NCBI GenBank assembly: GCA_002794465.1 | Contig: MTSL01000192.1 | Span: 3,510 to 26,706 of the forward strand | Direction: 5' to 3' | Source: Paramicrosporidium saccamoebae KSL3 | Taxonomy: Eukaryota; Fungi; Cryptomycota | Length of the DNA stretch: 23,197 bases | Part shown: one piece after another, positions 9,812 to 18,085 of the stretch | Layout: the number at the start of each line of letters is the position of its first letter | How positions within the stretch are numbered: the first letter of the stretch is position 1 | Notes under the pieces: generated by a model | Seen by the model: only the letters and a program-made list of their open reading frames with translations | What the model was told of the DNA's origin: nothing | The model's database searches: none | Position numbers and translations under genes: made by a program

Positions 9812-9856
9812 TCAAGCTCTATGCACTCATTGCATCAGTGTCTTGACAATACAGCT
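9812..9856 (+). ncRNA. Possible H/ACA guide-like hairpin
   Basis: Lower stem TCAAG/CTTGA, internal loop, upper stem ATGCA/TGCAT, and an ACA (9851-9853) 15 nt after the upper stem. Lies in a 418-nt non-coding gap. A second hairpin and H box are unconvincing. Confidence 0.2.
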
Positions 9857-10059
9857 TTAGTAGCATCCCATCCGAGGCTATAGTTCCAGAGATTTATGAC
9901 ATGCAAAATAGACAGATCAATTTAATAGCCCGACTCCTAAAAGTGCTCGGAATAACAATTGTCGGATTGACGAATCAGAATTGTTCGACAGTAGAGGGGC
10001 GCTCCAGGGCAACGCTTCCTCTGCGTCTATAAAATCGGCCTCCAGTTGCCCTATGCCCC

Positions 10060-10548
10060 ATGGAAGACGACAAAGAGCTGCTCGGAGATGAGGAACCTAC
10101 TTTGACTCCTGAAGACGACCTGTCTCTCCCCAAGGCAACTGTGTACAAACTAATAACCGAGATGCTACCAACGGGTGTCGCCTGCCCTAAGGAAACGCGT
10201 GACCTTTTAATATCTTGCTGCGTCGAGTTTATTCACCTCCTCTCTTCCGAGGCCAACGAAGTATGCGAACGGGCCAGCAGAAAGACTATTAGTCCGGAAC
10301 ATGTGATGGATGCGCTCACCAATCTGGGCTTCACGGGATATGTGGAGGAGGTTGGTGCGGCCTACGAGGAGGCCCAGAGTCAGGCCAAGGAAAAGGAAAA
10401 GGTGAGGGGAAACAAGCTGGAAAAGAGTGGGTTGACGGAGGAAGAGTTGTTAAAGCAGCAAGAAGAGCTGTTTGAGAGTGCGAGGAAAAAATATTTGGAG
10501 AGTCAAAACAGGCCACCAAGCGATTCTCCAACTATGCAAGGTAACTAA
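10060..10548 (+). CDS. NCB2: Negative cofactor 2 beta subunit (Dr1/Ncb2), histone fold
   Basis: DDLSLPKATVYKLI, KETRDLLISCCVEFIHLLSSEANEVCE, KTISPEHV..AL..LGF. A GTA...TAG 31-nt candidate intron at 10541-10571 would move the stop to 10585. Confidence 0.95.
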   Translation: MEDDKELLGDEEPTLTPEDDLSLPKATVYKLITEMLPTGVACPKETRDLLISCCVEFIHLLSSEANEVCERASRKTISPEHVMDALTNLGFTGYVEEVGAAYEEAQSQAKEKEKVRGNKLEKSGLTEEELLKQQEELFESARKKYLESQNRPPSDSPTMQGN

Positions 10549-11047
10549 GTAAACATTTTGTTGGCATGTAGTATATAATGTGTGATGTGTGGTGCGGTTT
10601 GGTATATTGTGTGGTATAGCGTAGTGTTATTTGATATGGTGGAGCAGCCATCAAAAGAAATGATGGCGTGTAAATTAGTCATAAAGTATCAAATATCAAA
10701 CATCAAGTATCAGGGAGGGCAGTGGTTTGATTAATGAATCAGCAAGGAAATTATCATCGTTCATGAACCAGGTTCGCGATAACTAGGAAGACAATGAAGG
10801 TCAACTTTTGTATCAGATTGCTAACATTTACAAAACAGTCTCCCCCAGTGCTTGGCGGTCCCAATTCAAATAGCAACTCAATCATCCAGAATTACAACAC
10901 GCACTGCCTATATTAGATACACCACATTTGTCAAGTTCATGAACAGAGATTAACGGCCAGCTACTTTAAAACGCTTCACGCTGAATGCAGGAATCAACTC
11001 ACAGAGTATCTTTAATTATTTCCACCTTCGAATACTACTTTGCGGAA

Positions 11048-11939
11048 CTAGCAACGGAACCGGATGACCAAAACAGAAAGATTATCGTAGCTGTCATTTT
11101 TGATGGCATATTCAACTAACATTTCTGCCGCTTTCTGAGTGTCTGTCACATCCTTGATATGATCGCATGCTTCCTGATCACTGCACACATCCCATAGTCC
11201 ATCACACGCCAAGATTAGTATCGAATCCTTTGTTCGGTCAATGACAGTCTCTGTAGTGTAGGGCCTTCCCGCAATATAATCCTTCATTTCTGCATCGCCA
11301 AGGGCCCGAGTGATGGCCAGCATTCCATTCACCCGGTCGTTCAGGATGAAACCGCCAGCGTCCTTGACGCGCTGCTGCTCAATTACATCCGAACCTTTGT
11401 GATCGTAAGAAAGACGGATGGCCTTTCCTTCCCGATACAGCACGGCACGTGAATCGCCCGTATTTCCAGTGTACAGCACAGTGACATCTTGTCCGTCTCG
11501 TTGCTCGTGTCGATATAATGCCACAATTGCAGTGCAGCCAGAGAATATTCCATGTGCTGCATTAAGAAAAGAGTCTGCCTCAGCAAATGTCTGGTCCAGT
11601 ACTTCTGGAACTATCCCGCCTGGTAGGTTCTTAAGCAGTAATTCAGGGAAATGCTCGCCACACCAAGCGGCAGCGGACTTGCCGCCGTGGCCATCAAATA
11701 CGGCAAAAAATCCTTGGTCTTTGACTTCACCAAAGTCATAAAAGAAGCAATGGGCGTCCTAAAGATCAAAGCCAGCGGGGTAATACTTCCATTTTTCGAC
11801 GGCGAGGCGCATTCCGGTCTTCATGGAAGCCAAAGTAAAAGGTGCTGTGCTCGGGGGCAGTCGGAATGATGATTGCATTATCCTTACTACCTTCCTTTTC
11901 GCCTCGTCTCCGTCTAGGACGCTCAACTTCTGCTGACAT
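11048..11939 (-). CDS. PTC1: PP2C protein phosphatase Ptc1-like, 287 aa; intron 11759-11786 (28 nt)
   Basis: Spliced RRKME|DAH, FAVFDGHGG, NTGDSRAVL, LSYDHKGSD, RVNGMLAITRALGD, LILACDGLWDV and DNLSVLV. Confidence 0.93.
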
Positions 11940-12200
11940 TGGCAACCGATGAAGCAAGAATAACTGTCATTTATTTACGTAGATTTAAGAGCATAATCCT
12001 ATTAAGATACCCTCGTGAAATTGGGCTTTCAGTAACAATCGAAAAAGATCTGTATGATGCTTGTAGTAACGGCCAAAGAATTTGAATTTAAAAGTCTTCT
12101 CATAGTACTGGCGACCCGTTTAGTAGATGCTACAATACAATTTTTGAGGCTAGAGGTTCCTGGCCCTGGCCTTGCCTATTAGATACAACTCGCAGCTTTC

Positions 12201-12548
12201 ATGTTGATTGTTCTGAGGAGGACTTTTTTGACAAAAACACCTGCTGCACCACGCCCCAAAATTCGTACCGCCGCACCCGCAATTACACGCACCTACCGCG
12301 AAGAACTCTACGCTGGCCGGCGTATTGACCTCACCACCACTCGCACACCATTCCCTGCCGCCATGTCCCGCATCTTTGATACTATGCAATCGGAGGGAGT
12401 GGTGGCACGTGTAAAAAAGGGGCGGGAATGGACTAGACCTGGACTGGCGGCAAGTCTGGGCCGGATGCGGAGGAGACAAGCAAGGTTTAATACTATGGTC
12501 GCGGAGACGATAAACGAGATTAAAGATGTTTATCGGAGAATAAAATAA
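12201..12548 (+). CDS. MRP21: Mitochondrial ribosomal protein bS21m (Mrp21-like), 115 aa
   Basis: Basic, acid-poor presequence-like N-terminus. GRRI...AMSRI...EWTRPG....RMRRRQARF..V..I resembles the fungal Mrp21 C-terminal S21 domain, though divergent. Confidence 0.65.
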   Translation: MLIVLRRTFLTKTPAAPRPKIRTAAPAITRTYREELYAGRRIDLTTTRTPFPAAMSRIFDTMQSEGVVARVKKGREWTRPGLAASLGRMRRRQARFNTMVAETINEIKDVYRRIK

Positions 12549-12751
12549 ATGGAGCTTGAGGATTTCGCGTAGCGAGTGTGGGGTGGTAGAGAATGAATAA
12601 TAACTATGGATGGGAGAAAAATCGTTTATTACTAATTTGACGCTATGCCGACGAGTCCATAAAAGATGGTTGATAACAAACAGTTCCTTGCCACCCATTT
12701 TACCTTGCATTGACACTGGTCATACTCTCATCACACAACACCATCATTGTT

Positions 12752-14054
12752 TCACAACACAAAGTGATGCTGTAGATGGAGGGGCCACCAGGACAAGCGC
12801 TGCATTTCGTTCAGACGGGATACAGTCCTATGGGTGGCAAAAACTTCTTCCTCTCCACTGGCCAGCGATGTTTTACCCTGTGAAGATTAAACAACAATAG
12901 CCAAGCCATACTAGGGCATGATTTGACAATGCAAGCTCATCGGCCAATACCCGCATGGATTCTGCAGCCGAAACGTCTTGCTTCTCAAGCTGGAACAGCT
13001 CGTCAATGGGTACCTCTGACTGTAGGATGAGCTTAATCTTATGGTCATAAAAGACATCGATCATGGTGATGAACCGTCGAGCCTCATCTCGGTGGGAGAT
13101 TGTCAATTTTGGCACATCTGTGATAATAATGACGGGAAAGGCATCGGCTATGCAAAGATAGTCGGCGGCGGACATGGGACGACTACAAAGTTCCTCAAAA
13201 GTAAACTTTGCAACGTCTCCGCGACACGCTGCTACATGGATCGGCCTGCCGTGGGTATAAATTGTCCTTGGCCCCACTACAAAGATTAGATCAAGACTTG
13301 CCGAGAGCATACTCTTCTCTCCCTCACACAGTGATGCGAGAAGCTCATTTATGCCCTCACTAGTCTCGTCATTTATTGGGGCGTAGAATAAGCTGTTGCC
13401 CTTCCTCCTTCTCCGATAGTCCTGTTGGCCCGTCAAATTGACAACGTCCAGCCTTTTCTCCAATAACTCAATACACGGCACAAATGCCGCCCTCTGTATG
13501 CCATTCAAATAAAGCTCCTTTGGAGGGCGATTCGAAGTCAGCAGGAGATACATTCCTCGATCCATCAGACCGCGCAACAGATTTCGCCAGAGCATTGCAT
13601 CAGCCACATCAACGACCTGAAATTCGTCCAGGCAAAGAAGTTTTGTTTCGGCCGCAAGGTGATTGGCAACAGTGCGGACTGGATCCTTTTCCGACTTGAG
13701 CTTATGCAATCCTACGCAATGAAAATTGGAATCTCAGCCGATACGGGCGTGGACATTTAGCATGAACGAGTTATAATGAGTACGACGTTTCAACGGGACG
13801 TTGCAGTGAGAAAAGAACAAGTCCATCAACATAGTCTTTCCGCTCCCCACACCTCCATACAGATACATTCCCATGAGCTGCTCTTGATGTTTTTGGAAGA
13901 AACGGTGCCAGAGCCGCACACTGGATTCAGCCGGTTGGGTCTGACTGATTATGTTACAGAGTGCTTGCAGTTTTTCAACTACCTGTACTTGTCCTTGGTC
14001 GCATTTGATTAGTCCGCTCTTCACTATTGACTCGTATTTAGAAAGTAGCGTCAT
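12752..14054 (-). CDS. AFG1: AFG1/ZapE-family AAA+ ATPase, 399 aa; introns 13712-13744 (33), 13277-13312 (36), 12878-12911 (34)
   Basis: GMYLYGGVGSGKTMLMDLFF, LCLDEFQVVDVADAM, LTSNRPPKELYLNGIQR, ARRFITMIDVFYD and spliced GEEEVFATHRTVSRLNEMQ. Confidence 0.95.
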
Positions 14055-14125
14055 GTGCAAATCTTTATGACAACTTGTATTTTTGATCAGAATCTTTACA
14101 GAAATTTTAATACGCTCACCCACAG

Positions 14126-14211
14126 CTCGGGATAGCTCAGCTGGTAGAGCGGAGGACTGTAGTGTGTTCGCAGCCATCCTTAGGTCGCTGGTTCAATTCC
14201 GGCTCCCGAGA
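14126..14211 (+). tRNA. tRNA-Tyr(GUA) with a 13-nt intron (14163-14175) at the canonical 37/38 position
   Basis: Acceptor stem CTCGGGA/TCCCGAG, D-arm TAGCTCAGCTGGTAGAGC, anticodon GTA at 14159-14161, T-arm GGTTCAATTCC, discriminator A. Confidence 0.97.
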
Positions 14212-14212
14212 A

Positions 14213-14219
14213 TTTTTTT
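14213..14219 (+). terminator. RNA polymerase III terminator (T7)
   Basis: A run of seven T begins two bases after the tRNA discriminator. Confidence 0.85.
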
Positions 14220-14220
14220 A

Positions 14221-15430
14221 TTATGGCCAATTAAGACACTCTGGATCTAATAATGTAAACTTTTTGTTCTCAAACGGCTTCAGGAGGCCCTCGAGCACCT
14301 TGGGAGCCATATTAAGGACTTTTTGTCCACGGTACTGTCGCATCAAGCCAAGCTCGGTGAGGGTCTCGTTTATATCCTCCTCCTTGAAACCAGTCAGGAA
14401 TGAAATCTCCTTAAGAGAGGGGATGGTCCTTGACCCAGCCCTAAGTCTTGTCAACAATTCAAATGCCCAGAAGCTAGAATAGCTCAGCCTGCCAAGATCA
14501 GACAGAGGCTTTTCCGGGGACCCCGTCTTGCCCTCTCGTCTGGTGATTTCGTAGCTGAGTTGGATTAAAAATCTTCCATATCCGCGTTTCTGATATGGGG
14601 GGAGGATCATAATACAGGCCAAATTATAGTCATCCGGAGATGCCTTTTCCTTAGAAAAGTACCCAACGGGGTGCACACCGCTCTCGTCCACCTCGCAGAG
14701 CACGTAGAAGAAGAACGGCGAGACGTCATAGTAGAGGGTCTTGTGGTCCAAAAACAGCTTTGCCAAGAGACACAAATTTTGACAGTACAATTTCGCCACC
14801 TCCCCCTCGAGCTCAAAGATGGCCAGACCCTCTTTCAGATAGATCAACTTTCCCGGCGGACCCGTATATTCGCAGCGATGATAATGTGATTGATACGTGG
14901 CTTCGCTCTTCATATATTTCAGACACTTTTCACAAATGAACAACAGGTCAATGTTCTCTGAATATTCATCTGGATATGGCGAGAAATACCAGCAATCAAT
15001 GCCATAGCGTCCCAGGATAATTTTCTGAATGTTCTTCACTTTGGTCGCCTCTTCATGCTCGCGTTCCAGCTGCTCGTAGGCCGGGTCGTGAGGCAGACTA
15101 GGACGGCCACGACGACGACGCGGCTCCTCCTCAGGAAGCGACAAGTTGGCGGGGAATTTGCCCTCGGATTTCAAGGCTTCCAATTGAGAATTTGAAATGA
15201 ATCGATCTTCACCCACCCACTCATCCATCCTCTTGTCAAAGTTTTTATAATGTACATAGAATTCGCACTCTGTCCCTTTGTCTCTGACCTTGATAATCTC
15301 TGCCAAGCCTACAATTTAAATCACCCAATGAGTTACATGGAAATTCACGTCGATAATTGACCCAATGTACAGTGCCCACCTCCAGAGGCGCCTCTTCCTC
15401 CTTCTCCTCCCGCGCCCTCTTCCGTCCCAT
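14221..15430 (-). CDS. MYST histone acetyltransferase (chromobarrel/Tudor-knot + C2HC finger + MYST), MOF/KAT8-like, 393 aa; intron 15309-15336 (28 nt)
   Basis: FYVHYKNFDKRMDEWV, LEREHEEATKVKNI, WYFSPYP, ICEKCLKYMK...H...C, YCQNLCLLAKLFLDHKTLYYDV, GYFSKEK, LPPYQKRGYG and GSPEKPLSDLG. Ortholog identity (KAT8 vs Esa1/Tip60) is not settled. Confidence 0.93.
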
Positions 15431-15643
15431 ACACACAGCCGCTCTCGGTTCCACCAATCACGGCCCCTATAAATATCGTCGGCCCCTGCCGGGGAGAAAC
15501 TGTGACGCGTCTTGTTCTGTGACAGCCTCCATAAATGGGCCAGTCACTGGAAAGGACGCGGAGAGTAAGGACAGTAAGACGAGTATTGGGACACTACTGT
15601 CCCGCATGCTCCTCTTATTGCCGACAGATATAACAAAAAATAA

Positions 15644-16336
15644 ATGAAACTGCTGGTGCTTGGAGGCACTGGGTTCGTCGGACGGGCCGTTTGCAGAGAG
15701 GCGGTGCGGCGAGGCTGGAATGTCACGAGCCTAAGTAGGCGGGGTGTTCCGGAGAGTATGGATGGATTACTGGAAAAGGTTGAATGGCGGACGGGAAGTG
15801 CTCTGGACCGCAAAGTGTACCCGGAATTAATGTCAGACCGTGACTACGTGGTACATTGCATTGGGACGCTCTTCGAGTCCAATCCAGTCTACAATTTGTA
15901 CAAAAAGCAGCCCATCAACTACGAGTCTAGCTATAAAGCCCTCATCCGGGATACGCTGGAACTGGCTGTCGAGTCTGCCGCTAGTGCCAAAGTCAAGGCG
16001 TTCGGTTATGTGAGTGCCGCAAGATATGGTGCCATTGGAAAGACAGTCCTTCCTGGATACATGGAGATGAAGGGGCAGGCCGAGGAATTGCTACTGAAAC
16101 GTAACGAGTTTCGCAAAGTGATTATGCGGCCAGGATTCATGTACGGGTCAGATCGCTGGGCGACCATTCCCATGTCCCTTGGCGTCACTTTTACCTCACT
16201 ATTCACTGCGGGAATGATGCCCAAGGCGCTATGTGTAGACACGGTGGCCCGTGCGCTACTCACAGAATTAAATGATTCCGAAACGGAGAGCAGCACTATG
16301 GAAGTTTCCGACATTGCCAGAATCGGATCGCTTTAA
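15644..16336 (+). CDS. COQ11: Atypical short-chain dehydrogenase, Coq11-like, 230 aa
   Basis: LVLGGTGFVGRAVCREA..RGW.V.SLSRRG, VVHCIGTLFE, FGYVSA, GYMEMKGQAE (YxxxK) and IMRPGFMY match the yeast Coq11/YLR290C pattern as recalled. Confidence 0.75.
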   Translation: MKLLVLGGTGFVGRAVCREAVRRGWNVTSLSRRGVPESMDGLLEKVEWRTGSALDRKVYPELMSDRDYVVHCIGTLFESNPVYNLYKKQPINYESSYKALIRDTLELAVESAASAKVKAFGYVSAARYGAIGKTVLPGYMEMKGQAEELLLKRNEFRKVIMRPGFMYGSDRWATIPMSLGVTFTSLFTAGMMPKALCVDTVARALLTELNDSETESSTMEVSDIARIGSL

Positions 16337-16547
16337 TAAATAGTCACGGGGATTTTGTAATGTTCTGTAAAGCTCGGTGAGATTTGTAGTAACGGCTCAT
16401 TTAAAAGTTTGATTGCGTGGGTCATAAACATGTTGGCTTGTTGGAATCCTTGATCCGCTGATATGCTACCTCGCAGTTCCTGGCTAGTAAATACGCTCTT
16501 TTATTTACTATGCTTTTTGGAGCCCTCGATCTGTTAATAGATTCTCT

Positions 16548-16715
16548 CACAGTTTCAATACACTCTTCCACAGTTTCAATACACTCTTCCACAGTTTCAA
16601 TACACTCTTCCACAGTTTCAATACTCTCTCTCTCACTTTCAATACACTATCCCACACTTTCAATACACTCTCTCACAGCTTTAACGCACTCTCTTATAGC
16701 TCCAATACACCCTTT
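16548..16715. repeat. 21-nt tandem repeat, 8 copies (cacagtttcaatacactcttc), plus a degenerate copy at 16527-16547
   Basis: Three identical copies at 16548-16610, followed by progressively diverged copies to 16715. Confidence 0.95.
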
Positions 16716-16785
16716 CACGTACTACATTTTATTGGAAACCTTGGACTGTAATCCACCAACCTTTACATAATTGCTTTCATCGTCA

Positions 16786-17548
16786 TTAAATCTGTTGATA
16801 TCCTCCGGAAGAGCCAAAGAGACGAGCACGGATATTATTAAAGAGTTCGGCAAAGAAATCGAGAATGTCCAACATTAGTCCACTGTGAGGGACGGCCTCC
16901 TTTCCACTCTTCCCCTTCACAGCGACATTGAAGATGGTTCCACACACCAAATACAAGATCAGTCCAACGAAAACCATCCAGAAGAACGATATTGCCGTAC
17001 TCGTTTTCGTTGACACTGGACACGCAGCTCGCGTTTTCCAGATCAGGGCGTATTTTGATCCGTCGGAAGCAGGCTCTATCGGCCCTGTTTCTTTTGATTT
17101 TGGATCACACTCAAAGCGCACCAGAGCAGTAAAAGGAAACCCATTCATATCAAAGGATCCCCGTGAGTACAATATCACCAGATCATCTACCATTAATAGG
17201 CGGCTCAAGGGTACTGCTGCTCGGGTTTCGGTAGAGCTCAATGGGGCTGCCAACATTTGCGCGGCCAAGCTCTGGCTTGGTTGGATCCATGACGCACATA
17301 TAGGAGCCGTGGGGGCATGCGTCATTGTAATAAGTTATCGGGCCACACGGGTTGTAAAGAAGCGGGTTTCGAGACCCCACTTTCCATTCTCTGCACTGAG
17401 AACTGGGCCCGATGGCTTACTGATTGAGAGCAGATAGATCGTAACGGTAGCCGTCCACTTCAATGTTGGAACACTGGAAGGGAGGATTCACGCTCACGGC
17501 AGAGACTCCGCACGCCGCGACTGCCAACAGTTGCATATGCACTCGCAT
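16786..17548 (-). CDS. ATG27: Atg27/mannose-6-phosphate-receptor-like type I membrane protein, 234 aa; introns 17391-17420 (30) and 17187-17214 (28)
   Basis: Signal peptide MRVHMQLLAVAACGVSA, then C..I.VDGYRYDLSAL, YNPCG, FECDP and WKTRAACP. TM FFWMVFVGLILYLVCG, then GKSGKEAVPH and a C-terminal YxxPhi motif (GGYQQI). Confidence 0.75.
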
Positions 17549-17630
17549 TAATGAAATATTGACCAATCAAAGCAGAGGGTACAAAGTGCTCCCTAAATAA
17601 ACAGTTTACTTTAGTCTAGCTACACACTAC

Positions 17631-18056
17631 TTACTGGGTGAGACACATGCACTTGGCCGGGTCGCCACTAGTGGCGTTGGTGGAGGTGACTAGTTGCTGC
17701 TCACCAGTCGCTGTGGTGACTGTAATGCACGGCTTGCCGTCATCCTTTGCAAGAGTAGACGGTTGTTGGGAAGGATTTGCGCCAGCTACTACCGCTGGAG
17801 CCTTAGTTGGGGCGTCTGCTACAATACTGTCCTTGGCCAATGACTGCGATTTTGGCGGCGATTGAGACTTGGACGGCGATGGCTGACTACCCGTTGCATT
17901 ATTCAATGGCGATGGATTGGCCTCTACTGTTTTGTTGACGGGTGCCGGACTGCTGGTGTCTGAACCTGTTGTGCCGGCACTGTCTGAAACTGACAGACTA
18001 GGCGAACCGGTTGAGGACGGTTTCTTCTTTCCTCCCTTTTTCTTGTTCTTGCTCAT
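17631..18056 (-). CDS. Orphan low-complexity protein, 141 aa, with polybasic N-terminus and C-terminal CxC-CaaX-like end (KCMCLTQ)
   Basis: Single ORF from MSKNKKKGGKKK with an S/T/P/A-rich body. It fills the slot between ECT1 and ATG27 and has a CAGCCAATCA box 30 nt upstream. Confidence 0.7.
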   Translation of the reverse strand: MSKNKKKGGKKKPSSTGSPSLSVSDSAGTTGSDTSSPAPVNKTVEANPSPLNNATGSQPSPSKSQSPPKSQSLAKDSIVADAPTKAPAVVAGANPSQQPSTLAKDDGKPCITVTTATGEQQLVTSTNATSGDPAKCMCLTQ

Positions 18057-18085
18057 CGTCCCCAAGTCAAGACAAGCCACACCAC

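Noticed and set aside
10772-10903. Short minus-strand ORF MIELLFELGPPSTGG... (43 aa)
   Set aside because: Too short and unrecognisable; no support over random expectation. Coordinates approximate.
12139-12172. Sm-site-like AATTTTTG followed by hairpin AGGCTAG/CTGGCCT, suggesting a spliceosomal snRNA
   Set aside because: Upstream sequence lacks the U1 (ACUUACCUG), U2 (full GUGUAGUAUCUG), U5 (GCCUUUUAC) and U4 hallmarks; it lies in an AT-rich promoter about 55-60 nt from the MRP21 ATG, so chance is likely.
12150-12716. 188-aa minus-strand ORF
   Set aside because: Mostly antisense to MRP21, with no motif or typical composition.
15505-15510. ACGCGT (MCB box) in the MYST/COQ11 promoter
   Set aside because: A single hexamer, and neither flanking gene is a classic G1/S target; not enough to call.
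16548-16715. 21-nt repeats as a CRISPR array or telomeric repeat
   Set aside because: No spacers, degenerate internal minisatellite, flanked by housekeeping genes.
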